Source of the DNA: Octopus bimaculoides
Taxonomy: Eukaryota
Reading direction: 5' to 3'
Assembly: GCF_001194135.2 (NCBI RefSeq)
Contig: NC_068991.1
Location: forward strand, 75,845,416-75,878,852
DNA length: 33,437 nucleotides
A program made the position numbers and the translations under genes. Of the stretch, positions 12,381-23,210 are shown in pieces. The stretch's first letter is position 1. Each line of letters starts with the position of its first letter. The notes under the pieces are model-generated. The model did no database searches. It was not told the origin of the DNA and worked only from the letters and a program-made list of their open reading frames with translations.

Positions 12381-12529
12381 CTAGATTTTTGAATTCGAAA
12401 GAATATCTTTATCATATGACATTAAAGAATTCATGATGTAGAGATTGTCTCTTAAATCCTTGACTAAACTGCTGATAGTGTTACAGATAGTTGTATCGAT
12501 TATGTGAGGTGAGTCAAAAAGCAAAACAA
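12381..12529 (-). CDS. Candidate terminal coding exon of an unidentified minus-strand gene
   Basis: Acceptor tttcaaatttccag; only the phase-1 frame is open (V)VLLFDSPHIIDTTICNTISSLVKDLRDNLYIMNSLMSYDKDILSNSKI*. No homologue recognised. Confidence 0.3.
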
Positions 12530-12818
12530 CTGGAAATTTGAAATGCACGAAACCATAATGCATAGAAAGTGTTATTATGAAAATTTGCAAAGACAATTAA
12601 ATTACCATCAGGCGTACACAAGCAAACCCGCACAGATGCAACTATGTAAGTATAGACATACAAAAATATACATATACACATATGTATGTGTACTTATGTT
12701 TATATCTGTATATGTATACGTATGTATGTATTTTTGTATATACAGAGTTATACACATACTTGCAAATGTATGCATGTGTATATATAATGACATGCATATA
12801 TACGTATATATATCTATA

Positions 12819-12859
<41 letters not shown>

Positions 12860-13155
12860 NNNNNNNNNNNNNNNNNNNNNNNNNNNNNNNNNNNNNNNNN
12901 NNNNNNNNNNNNNNNNNNNNNNNNNNNNNNNNNNNNNNNNNNNNNNNNNNNNNNNNNNNNNNNNNNNNNNNNNNNNNNNNNNNNNNNNNNNNNNNNNNNN
13001 NNNNNNNNNNNNNNNNNNNNNNNNNNNNNNNNNNNNNNNNNNNNNNNNNNNNNNNNNNNNNNNNNNNNNNNNNNNNNNNNNNNNNNNNGTGTGTGTATGC
13101 ATATATGCATACATATATATGTATATATGCGTATACACACACACACACACACACG

Positions 13156-13186
<31 letters not shown>

Positions 13187-13649
13187 CTATACATACGCAT
13201 ATATATGTATGTTTGTTATATATGTATTTTCCGCATATATTTTTCTGTCTGTGCTTTGTTTGTATATTTACATCAAGTAAATACAAGCTTGTGTTTCTGT
13301 GTGTATGTTATATATACTTTGCCCACTGATGGTTGTGTCTTAATGCTAAGGAGTTTTGAACATATTTTAGCAAAATAGATAACTAGCTCATTATATCTAA
13401 TTAGCTCGCTAGCATGAAAATTACATGTTATCAAATCACGACCTAATGATATTAAAATAATTTTAAAAAATGTAACAAAATAACAATAGAAGCTCTCCTG
13501 CTAACCAGAATGTTTAAGTATCCATTAATTTCCAACACTCAAATATAAATTACAACAAAATATTGTAAATAATGATGGTAAAGATTGATAATATAAATTT
13601 TAAAATGATAATCCTTTCAGTTATATGCATGGACTAGAAATGTTAATGT

Positions 13650-13793
13650 GGTTTCGTTACTCGACAACGGCACCCCGAGGTTCATCTGGTGACCCCGAAA
13701 GGATGAAAGCAAAGTCAACCTCGGGATGTATATATGGGCGAAATGCATTTCGCCTGCGATATGTTAACTATTCTGGGTGCTTCTTGCCGCCTT
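13650..13793 (-). mobile_element. SINE family A, degraded copy
   Basis: GACCCCGAAAGGATGAAAGCAAAGTCAACCTCGG core and a GCCGCCTT head end. Confidence 0.75.
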
Positions 13794-13961
13794 CTTTTAT
13801 AATAACAATTCAAGTTTCAAAGTCGTATTCTATCGTCAAAGAAGTTTGTAGATTCGCAAGAGAACTGGGCGTTGATCTTTTCCAAGATTTTGTTTCGTCA
13901 CAACTTTGAAAGAAATTGTCATTTTTTAGTGCCTCTCAGATGGTCTACATTACGATTATAC

Positions 13962-14116
13962 CGAAAACCAATGCGGAAAAATGGTGGGGAGCGCCTTCAT
14001 CTTGTCCCTCCATACATTTTGGTGATTTAATTAAAAGTCTGTCGAAAATAAGATCACATTCAAGGCCTGCTGCAACGTCTAGCATACTAATTGACCATGT
14101 AGAGTTCGGGCTCTGC
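13962..14116 (-). CDS. Candidate internal coding exon (phase 2 to 1)
   Basis: Acceptor tctctctcttttaaacaatctcaaag, donor G|gtataa, open frame (R)QSPNSTWSISMLDVAAGLECDLIFDRLLIKSPKCMEGQDEGAPHHFSALVF; GC above background. Could instead be a decayed transposon (DEGAPHHF resembles mariner QDGAPPHF). Confidence 0.33.
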
Positions 14117-14164
14117 CTTTGAGATTGTTTAAAAGAGAGAGATTAAGACTGCTATAAGATAATC

Positions 14165-14537
14165 CTTTTTTCCATAGACTTAGTCGATTACAGCGACCCC
14201 ACTGTTCAAATGACATTTATTTTATCTACATCATCCTCAATGGATTTAGAACTCGGAACGTCAGCCGGACAAAATGCCTAGAATGAAAATAATGGTTTCA
14301 AATTTTGACACAACGCCAGCAATTTTGTGGGCAGCGGGCATCGATCCCAGTGCTTCATCGACCCTGAAAAAATGAAAAGTAAAGTTGATCTCGGAGTAAG
14401 AACGTAGTGGCAGACATAAAAATGCCGCTAAGCATTATGCCCCGCGTGGTAACGACTCCACCAGCTCGCCGCCTTAATTGATACCAATATTAGCATTTTG
14501 TCCGGCGTGCTAAAGATTCTGCCAGTTCGTCGTCTTA
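14165..14537 (-). mobile_element. Three head-to-tail SINE family A pieces (14165-14280, 14291-14475, head fragment 14490-14537)
   Basis: Tail TGGTTTCAAATTTTGACACAACGCCAGC, core ATCGACCCTGAAAAAATGAAAAGTAAAGTTG, heads CCAGCTCGCCGCCTT and GATTCTGCCAGTTCGTCGTCTT. Confidence 0.82.
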
Positions 14538-15304
14538 GACTGCCATAATTTCTTTTTTAAAAAAAGCAATATGTGTTCAGGTATTGCCCACACCTTTCTA
14601 CAAATATTTCGTTTACAGAATGTGCGGGTAAAGATGGCCTCGCCCTAAGGACATAAAATGGAGATGTGTGGAAGTTGCTGCCCACCCTAAATTTTCACGT
14701 TAAATTCCGATATAATCTTACTCTACGGCGTGTAAACATTATGGTAACAGATACGTAATGTTTATGTAAATAGGAAATACAGTTGCTTTTTCTCTAAGTA
14801 TTATGCTGACTTCCAAGTTTTCAGATTCTTGTATTTCCCTGAAAAAATAAAACTAAAAAAAGACCAAAGAAACAAACGTTTCATCAGCCCTGCTTCATCT
14901 AGCATTGAGCTAGAAAAAATCTTGCTAAAATATCTGTAAAAACTCCTTAAAAGTACACGCTACAATTGCGGATGGAAAAAGATGTCAGAAAGAAAACTTG
15001 GCATAATGCAATCTGCTGTTGGAAAAAAAAATTAAGAAGCCAAGACAAGATGACGAATGAGAAGAATGTAGTTTATCACAAAAGTAGCTAAAACGGGGTT
15101 GAAAAACATCAAAAATCTCAACAAAAGAACAACAAAGATGAGCCTAAATTCCATGCGAAACTGAAATATGGTACATCCTTTAGTTTAAATATATGTTCCG
15201 TTGCCAAAATTAGTCAAGCAATTTACCTCGTTTGGAAAATTTCCATAGATTATTCAACACTGTAAAATCAAACGAAGAAAGACTACGTTTCAAACATAGG
15301 TAGT

Positions 15305-15372
15305 GTGTAACACACACATACGCACACATATATACATACATACATACATACATACATACATACATGCATATA

Positions 15373-15442
<70 letters not shown>

Positions 15443-15525
15443 TGTATTTATGTGTGGATGTATATACAGGTATATATATGTATGTGTCTGTATTCATGTA
15501 TATATATATATATATATATATGTAA
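15305..15525. repeat. (CA)/(ACAT)/(AT)n compound microsatellite
   Basis: Read directly. Confidence 0.95.
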
Positions 15526-16000
15526 GAGCTTATGTGCGTGTATTGAGATAAATAAATACCTGTGTATCTGCTTATACGTGTGTATATCAGTATTTGTTTA
15601 TGTTCTTTTTTTCCCTCTGCGAATCGCGTAGTTCAAATAAACATACGTGATAATAAAATAGTTCCCTAAATCAGAAAGCAGCGAAAAATAAATTAGTCTC
15701 CTGAGTCAACATATTTATTGAGAACATTCAGTTATTTAGAAATATACGCATCTGATTTCCTATTTACACAGACGTAACATATCTTCTAATATTATAGTTA
15801 GTACTGAGAATTAAGACAATTATTTTATGTGAAAAATATTTCAAGATTATTAAAGAAGTACTTAATTAAACCAGAAAGAATATATTTTCATCATTTGGAA
15901 ATCGTATGATGTAAATCATGTTTGTAGTTACATGTATGCTGTTACATTTTGTGTTCAAATAACACCGCTCTCATAGTGAATGTTTGTGCTTGTGTTGAAT

Positions 16001-16208
16001 ATTATTTTCTACTCTAGGCACAAGGCCCGAGATTTTTGGAGAGGGGCCAGTCGATAAGATCGACCTCAGTGTGCAACTGGTACTTAATTTATTGACCCCC
16101 GAAAGGCAAAGTCGACCTCGGCAGAATTTGAACTCAGAACGTAAAGGCAGACGAAATATCGCTAAGTATTTCGCCCGGCGTGCTAACGTTTCTGCCAGCT
16201 CGCCGCTT
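16001..16208 (-). mobile_element. SINE family A, near full length, tail type 2
   Basis: Reverse complement: GCGGCGAGCTGGCAGAAACGTTAGCACGCCGGGCGAAAT (A-box), GAGTTCAAATTCTGCC (B-box), core, tail GGGCCTTGTGCCTAGAGTAGAAAATAAT. Confidence 0.92.
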
Positions 16209-16319
16209 TCTTGTGTTGAATGTTATATTATAAATGTATTTATTAAAAATACTAACAGAAATCCTAATGTATGAGTCTCGTTAAGCTACATTACAAGGTA
16301 ACAAGAATAATAATCGTTT

Positions 16320-16550
16320 ACATTATTTAATTTCGCTCATTAGAGTGCGGCCATGCAATGGAATCGTCTTGAGTTTTGTCTTTTGTCGTACGTATCGATC
16401 CCCACCCTTTGTTTCTTTCTTTTTCTTTTTGCAAGCCTGGTGCTTATTCTATCAGGCTGTTAGTCCGAACTGCTAAGTAACCGAAACGTAACCGAACCAA
16501 CACCAGTTGTCAATCAGTCGTGTACGACTAGCATACGACATACAAGTATG
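16320..16550 (-). mobile_element. SINE family B, degraded 3' half
   Basis: GTGCGGCCATGC..GCAAGCCTGGTGCTTATTCTATC..CCGAACTGCTAAGTAAC..CACCAGTTGTCAA is the reverse complement of the family B 3' region. Confidence 0.7.
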
Positions 16551-16830
16551 CTTAATACATATGTATCATACATTTTGTTTCAATTCACTTAAAAACCAGA
16601 AATGTGTCTGAAAGTAGCAGGGGTGGTCTAAGATGGGTTGTCGAAAGATTTAAAGCGGGACCTGAATAACTAAAACACTATTTTGTCTTAAATCAAGCCT
16701 AACAATTGAATTTTACCATCACAGCATAACGCTATGTTCAAATTTTCAAATGGCATCGTTCTATTCCATTCACAATTTAGAAGGATATGAAGGAATGCAA
16801 CAAATATATATTGTGTTTAACGTTGGGAAC

Positions 16831-16918
16831 CATATATTGCGATATGTAGTTATTCATAACTCCCTGAAGATGTCTTAGCAAACGTTCTACCTTCGCTTTC
16901 TGGTATTTTTCTGCACAT
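16831..16918 (-). CDS. Optional candidate exon (phase 2 to 0)
   Basis: Acceptor gtttgttactacgtgttttag; frame (R)CAEKYQKAKVERLLRHLQGVMNNYISQYM; donor ambiguous (16891 or 16831). Confidence 0.2.
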
Positions 16919-17416
16919 CTAAAACACGTAGTAACAAACACTTGTGTGAATATTAATATATAAAGACAAGCATACATGGAAAATATAATTCTATGTTTCT
17001 ATGAGGACATATAAAATGTGGAATACAATTTCGACGCAAGATACTAAAAATATTTCAGGTCTGTAAACCACTATGCTGCTTCCTATATCGTTACTTCGAA
17101 ACATTACAAAGTTTGGTATTGATTCATACAAACGTACATGGCAACAGACAGGCTAGGATATGCCTATGTATATATATATATATATATATNNNNNNNNNNN
17201 NNNNNNNNNNNNNNNNNNNNNNNNNNNNNNNNNNNNNNNNNNNNNNNNNNNNNNNNNNNNNNNNNNNNNNNNNNNNNNNNNNNNNNNNNNNNNNNNNNNN
17301 NNNNNNNNNNNNNNNNNNNNNNNNNNNNNNNNNNNNNNNNNNNNNNNNNNNNNNNNNNNNNNNNNNNNNNNNNNNNNNNNNNNNNNNNNNNNNNNNNNNN
17401 NNNNNNNNNNNNNNNN

Positions 17417-17478
<62 letters not shown>

Positions 17479-17734
17479 GCATAAATACATATATGCATAT
17501 ATGTATACATATATATATACCTATATATACATATATATATACTTATAAATACATATACATATACAAATATATACAAACATACACGCGCGCGCGCGCGCAT
17601 ATATATATATATCAAACATTATACTTGTCCAAAATACATCCTGTTGAATAGAATCCTAATGGGTCTACATTGTTTCAGCGTTATGTTGTCGCGTATTAGG
17701 TTTAAGAACTTGAAATCTACTATAATTATCTTAC

Positions 17735-17924
17735 CGAATGTACAACATAAGGAATTTTCCGAAAATAAAAGAATCCAATTTGATACCAGTATACTCCGTT
17801 ATATTCCATATAGACCAAGTCTTACATATCAGTTTCTTCATGTAACCGAGTCGTCTTACTTGGACCACCATGGTTCCACCGAAACAAGAACGTAATGACC
17901 ATATCGAATTGTCAACTTTTATAG
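17735..17924 (-). CDS. Candidate internal coding exon (phase 1 to 2)
   Basis: Acceptor attctttgcag, donor CG|gtaaga, single open frame IKVDNSIWSLRSCFGGTMVVQVRRLGYMKKLICKTWSIWNITEYTGIKLDSFIFGKFLMLYI(R). Internal alternative donors exist, and it lies just downstream of a LINE remnant on the same strand. Confidence 0.33.
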
Positions 17925-18177
17925 CTGCAAAGAATCTTTTATAACCCCTGATTTTAGTTGCTTTGAATTTATAGCAGCTTCACCGAGCAAAATGTCCGAC
18001 TCAGATAACAGAACTCAAAGTGAGGACTTAAGCTTATGATCTGCTGAATCAATGCCAATAAAACATCTAATCTCGTCTTTTTGATAGTTAAGTTGAGGTT
18101 CAACTTATTCAACTTCCAGCAATACCAGAAGCTATTTCTACATAACTTCCTTTATAATCCTTTCTGCTATAGTCATT

Positions 18178-18366
18178 AGGCGTGAGATTTTGTGGGAAGG
18201 ACTTAGTCGATTACATCAGCCGCAGTGCTCAACTGTTATTTATTTTTTCGATCTCGAAAGGACGATAGACAAAGTCGACTTCGTCGGCATTTGAACCCAG
18301 GGTGTAAATACGGGCCAAATGTCGCTAAGCAATGTGTCCGGCACAGTTGTGCTAGTTCGCCGCTTT
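18178..18366 (-). mobile_element. SINE family A, degraded copy
   Basis: AGTCGATTACATC..CAGTGCTCAACTG..GAAAGGACGATAGACAAAGTCGAC..TTTGAACCCAG..CGCTAAGCA..TCGCCGCTT. Confidence 0.8.
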
Positions 18367-18409
18367 TATTTTCTTAATACTATTAATATGAATAATGTCT
18401 AATATATGT

Positions 18410-18950
18410 AGAGCTATGAAATCTGTTTATGGGCTTTTCCTAAACATTTCTGCCACGGCAACAACATGTAGTTGCCGAACCCTTGATAGTGTAGTCTTCC
18501 GGTGCCTACTTGTCCTTCAAACTCTCCTGTCTCACTGACTGCAGGTGGTTCTTCTATGATGTTAACAAACCCTGTCGTAAATTGTAAGGGATACATTTCG
18601 TCCCCGCCCCCAGAATTCCTCAGTTATCTGGTGCATGATTTGTATTTAATTTTATGTTGCTCACTCCGGGTGAAACTGCAATACACTCTTTTTTTTACCA
18701 TTCCATCAATCTCATCGCCAGATACGCCTATGTGTTTCAGTACAAAATCGTGTCCGAACATTCCAAGTCATTGAGATTAAACTCCCTTAAGTTTTCCCGT
18801 CCAAAGCCTTCTAAGTGTGTCCTACTGCGCCAGGCTCTACGCTCGACACGTACTGGTGTTTCTTTGATAGCAGATCACGATGCTCTGTTACCCATGTTTG
18901 CAAAGACATCTCTGTCTTAGCCGACAAACTATCGACGTTTCCAGCGTCTC
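18410..18950 (-). mobile_element. Decayed non-LTR retrotransposon 5' region with APE endonuclease start (RTE-like)
   Basis: TWNVRT at 18751-18768 (APE motif I), HIGVSGDE (cf. IxGxSE), NIIEEPP..GEFEGQVG...GFG (cf. GDFNAKVG..FG). May continue past the SINE at 17940-18170 (GIDSADHKL, cf. GADxxSDH). Confidence 0.65.
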
Positions 18951-19114
18951 GAATGTGACATTGTTAACCTCTTGAATCATTCTTTGTGCTCCAGAAGACA
19001 AAATTCTGTTTATACGCGCGCGAGTTTCATTACTGTTGGCAGGTTTAGATGATTTGATGATCAACAACAACCGCAACCACAACACAAATAATAATGATAA
19101 TAATAATAATGTTT

Positions 19115-19325
19115 ATTTTAATGGGCTACCAATCTATAGTGTGCCTTTCTCTGCCCTAGGTGTCAGGAAGATGCTCGGCAAGAAATGGAAACAGAATAAT
19201 AATAATACAGAAAATTTGTCTCTTCTGGACAGCAAGGATTAACAGGAGAGTTCTAAGCACCTGACAGACGACTTGATACCCACATAAATGCTACCAGATA
19301 TATGACCGAATCTGAACCAAACCAA
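19115..19325 (+). mobile_element. 3' end of an R4/Dong-like RLE non-LTR retrotransposon within (AAT)n
   Basis: IQKICLFWTARINRRVLST* (cf. QKxxLLGTARILRRVL* C-terminus), upstream PI..SALG in another frame, short 3' UTR ending in (AAT)n; (AAT)n also lies upstream at 19087-19110. Confidence 0.65.
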
Positions 19326-19394
<69 letters not shown>

Positions 19395-19421
19395 GATAAT
19401 AATAATAGTAATAATAATAGT
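19325..19421. repeat. (AAT)n microsatellite
   Basis: Read directly. Confidence 0.97.
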
Positions 19422-19799
19422 TACTTTATTAGCCATAATGGTTCCAATGGAAACAAAAGAAAGGACTCGTTACTATTTGAGATTCAAAAGCCGTAATTGT
19501 GCAGCTCATCGATGATATTCTGGGGCATAAAGAAATCAGTCAATGGCTCTACTCGAAATCGAGTTGGCAACCATCATGTGTATATGTATATATATATATG
19601 TATTTATATATGCATGATGGGGAGTAAAATATTTTGGTGAACGACCTCCTTGAAGAAGGACAAAATCTTCTAAATCACATGCTACTGTCAGAAAGAAAAA
19701 CAAAAATGACAGCGTTTTCGTCGAACGTTAGAATATTATTTGACCAGTTCTGATAGGAGACTGACATTATCTTCACCTCTAACAACCCCCACCGCTGCC

Positions 19800-19922
19800 A
19801 GCAACACCACTACCACCACCACCACCACCACCAACAACAACAACTACAACAGAAAATCCAACACCACCGCTACGACTATCATCATCATCATTATCATCAC
19901 CAGTATATATATATATATATAT

Positions 19923-19959
<37 letters not shown>

Positions 19960-20415
19960 NNNNNNNNNNNNNNNNNNNNNNNNNNNNNNNNNNNNNNNNN
20001 NNNNNNNNNNNNNNNNNNNNNNNNNNNNNNNNNNNNNNNNNNNNNNNNNNNNNNNNNNNNNNNNNNNNNNNNNNNNNNNNNNNNNNNNNNNNNNNNNNNN
20101 NNNNNNNNNNNNNNNNNNNNNNNNNNNNNNNNNNNNNNNNNNNNNNNNNNNNNNNNNNNNNNNNNNNNNNNNNNNNNNNNNNNNNNNNNNNNNNNNNNNN
20201 NNNNNNNNNNNNNNNNNNNNNNNNNNNNNNNNNNNNNNNNNNNNNNNNNNNNNNNNNNNNNNNNNTATATATGATCATCATTTGCAACACCTGTATCATC
20301 TTAATAACTTCCCTTATGATTCCCACATCTTAATCATGACCATCATTGCCACCGACACCATCAGCATTACTATCCCTATCACCGCTATTACACCACCACC
20401 ACCAACACCAGTACC
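19800..20415. repeat. (ACC)/(AAC)/(ATC)n low-complexity tract spanning a gap
   Basis: Read directly. Confidence 0.9.
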
Positions 20416-20648
20416 ACTAAGAACAACACAGAAACTTACAGTGTGAGAAATAATTTGATCGAAGATGCCTGACCTTTCAGTAAAAATATTTACAGTAAAA
20501 TAAGCTATTTTTAAGATTGTTATTTCTCAATGCTGTACCGATCCCCGAATAATTCAAAACGCCAGTAACATCTAAATGATACTGCCATACACTCACTTCA
20601 TTCTAATTCATACATTCAAGAATGTTATATCAATTCCATTCCGCACAG

Positions 20649-20749
20649 GCTTCAACGAATCTTTATTTTTATCTGACAAAATTGGTTATGAAGTGGATGA
20701 TGTGTTCTCACGCTGTCGTCTATATATAGCGAAGTCGGGAAACAGGAAG
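20649..20749 (+). CDS. Candidate plus-strand exon (phase 1 to 0)
   Basis: Acceptor ttccattccgcacag, donor AAG|gtatgg, open frame (G)FNESLFLSDKIGYEVDDVFSRCRLYIAKSGNRK; no confident homologue. Confidence 0.25.
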
Positions 20750-20794
20750 GTATGGATCAGATTTAAGTGAATCAGACACCTACAGACCCTTTAT

Positions 20795-20838
20795 GTGTGC
20801 GTGTGTGTGTGTATCTGCATAGAAATATGCACACACAT

Positions 20839-20885
<47 letters not shown>

Positions 20886-20962
20886 CACGTGTATATATAT
20901 AGATATATATCTTCACATATTTACACATACGCGCTTGTACTGTGTATATCTATCTATCTATC

Positions 20963-20993
<31 letters not shown>

Positions 20994-21016
20994 CTATCCA
21001 TCTATCTCTTTTCTTG

Positions 21017-21059
<43 letters not shown>

Positions 21060-21072
21060 ACACATATATATA
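20795..21072. repeat. (CA)n(TA)n(TATC)n(CA)n compound microsatellite
   Basis: Read directly. Confidence 0.95.
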
Positions 21073-21490
21073 TATTCCCTAGAGAGAAGACGAGAGATAT
21101 ATGAGGTGATATATATTTGGAAGATCATGGAGTGTTTACCTCCCAATAAGGGAATTGACAGCTATATCCGTCATTTAACTGGATGGCACTGTATCATACC
21201 TAAGATTCAGTCCTCGCAATCTAAAATAAGGACACAGTACTGCAATAGTCTGGGTTTCAAGGGCCCGCAATTATTCAACATCCTTCTAGGCAACCTTAGA
21301 GATCTACAAGATGTTGATGTGGAAGTTTTCAAGGAACGTCGAGACAGGTTTCTATCTGAGATACAAGATGAAGTCACATCGCAGTAGGAGACAGGAGAAG
21401 GAGCAGCTCCGTCCAAGTCGCAACTTCACCAAAAGCAATACTGGAAATATCACCGAGTAACTACAGGTGGGCTGAAAGCAGTAAATGATT
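21073..21490 (+). mobile_element. CR1-like LINE, 5'-truncated: ORF2 C-terminus and 3' UTR
   Basis: YSLERRREIYEVIYIWKIMECLPPN..NSLGFKGPQLFNILLGNLRD..VEVFKERRDRFLSEIQDE matches the invertebrate CR1-group C-terminal pattern SLERRRERY..WKI..GPxLFNxLP..FK..LDxFL..PD. Confidence 0.88.
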
Positions 21491-21682
21491 ATATACATAN
21501 NNNNNNNNNNNNNNNNNNNNNNNNNNNNNNNNNNNNNNNNNNNNNNNNNNNNNNNNNNNNNNNNNNNNNNNNNNNNNNNNNNNNNNNNNNNNNNNNNNNN
21601 NNNNNNNNNNNNNNNNNNNNNNNNNNNNNNNNNNNNNNNNNNNNNNNNNNNNNNNNNNNNNNNNNNNNNNNNNNNNNNNNNN

Positions 21683-21699
<17 letters not shown>

Positions 21700-21715
<16 letters not shown>

Positions 21716-22817
21716 ATATGAATATGTTTCATTGTAACTATGGAAGACTGGTGGGGTTATTATTTCTCTGGACTTAAAGATTGGTCGCAATGTAGCATAT
21801 AATTTAGTTATTGCAGTTTACTATTATACCGCTACAACGTACATTGGTTTATGAGTTTCTTTGTTGTCGTTTTATTAAAGTTAGTGTTTAATCCTGTCTA
21901 TAAATTGATTGATTGAATCAATGTGGTTATTAAGCCTTCACTTTTATATTATACTACGTTAGACTGTATTGATTATAATTTTTGTATGACTTAAGAGATT
22001 TGTCCCTGTTTAGATACTTATTTAGGAGTCGGTTGTAATTTACTTATTGAATTTATTTGCCGATACAGATGTACATAGGGTAAATGTGTTTGAAAGTTGT
22101 GGTTATTTTGGTTTCTTAGAATTACTGTTAAGGAAACGAATGCGATTGGAATTTATATCAGAAATACTAATATTGTTGCTATTATTATTTAAAGAACGGC
22201 TAGTATTAATAATATCAATGTTACCATTTTCAATAAGTGGATTTGTATTTAATAACTTATTATGCGAAGATATGATTTGTGAAAGGCTTTCGGTGTTTGA
22301 AAACCTTATCCTTATTCGGTGTGAATTAATAATCGAATAGCATCTTGGATTTCGGGGGAAATTCTTTTCGATAGCTTCGAAACTGGTAAAGGAGGTTGGA
22401 TTTGATCTGCTTACCATATGGAATTATCAACTAAACCGTTTTGCTAGGACATACCTTGTTATAAGGCTAATTATCTTTAAAAATCTTCGATGTACCTTTA
22501 TAAAGAAAAAACGAGTCTTAAAGAACGGTTATCTCCCTTACGCTGCAGAATAACATTACTCGATTTAGTGTCGTTATTCGAACTAAAATTAATATTGCTT
22601 TTATCATTATGACTTGATTTCATGAACTGATTAATAGAGGTAGAATTAATGTCAATAGGGTTAATGTAGGTAATTGTTTCTTTATAGCCTGCTTTGAGTA
22701 AGGTAGAGTTATAAAATTCGGCTTTATCGTTGAAGATATCAACACTATCAGATAATCTAGAAAGTCTAAGTGAAATATTCCTAACTAAATTCCGTGTAAT
22801 AGCCTTACAGTGATTAC
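21700..22817 (-). mobile_element. Penelope-like element fragment: RT thumb and linker toward GIY-YIG
   Basis: NHCKAITRNLVRNISLRLSRLSDSVDIFNDKAEFYNSTLLKAGY (cf. SNHP..I..RLS.LSS..F..Y..AL..SGY), then PYGKQIKSN..FEAIEKNFPRNP..IINSHRIRIRFSNTESLSQIISSHNK (cf. PPY..I.K.FP..IFN..I..SYS..II..HNK), separated by Asn-rich spacers. The low-coordinate boundary is approximate. Confidence 0.85.
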
Positions 22818-22921
22818 ATCACCAAAAACAATACGGGAAACAAAACCGAGTAACTATAGATGGTTCACCAGCATGACCTCAGCTCTGGGCTGTAACCAGT
22901 GAAAGATAAAAAATAAAAGAT
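22818..22921 (+). mobile_element. Second, ~100-bp copy of the CR1-like LINE 3' terminus
   Basis: TCACCAAAAACAATACGGGAAACAAAACCGAGTAACTATAGATGG aligns to 21426-21470, then CCAGCATGACCTCAGCTCTGGGCTGTAACCAGTGAAAGATAAAAAATAAAAGA. Confidence 0.75.
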
Positions 22922-23210
22922 ATACACACACACACTCACACACACATACACATATACATANNNNNNNNNNNNNNNNNNNNNNNNNNNNNNNNNNNNNNNN
23001 NNNNNNNNNNNNNNNNNNNNNNNNNNNNNNNNNNNNNNNNNNNNNNNNNNNNNNNNNNNNNNNNNNNNNNNNNNNNNNNNNNNNNNNNNNNNNNNNNNNN
23101 NNNNNNNNNNNNNNNNNNNNNNNNNNNNNNNNNNNNNNNNNNNNNNNNNNNNNNNNNNNNNNNNNNNNNNNNNNNNNNNNNNNNNNNNNNNNNNNNNNNN
23201 NNNNNNNNNN

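Noticed and set aside
18466-18487. Near-palindromes CGGCAACAACATGTAGTTGCCG, GTCGTGTACGAC (16517-16528) and a short hairpin near 32041-32061
   Set aside because: Arms are short or mismatched and within chance expectation for 33 kb.
18800-18950. HDV-like ribozyme in the RTE-like leader
   Set aside because: Could not build the nested double pseudoknot by eye; needs a covariance-model search.
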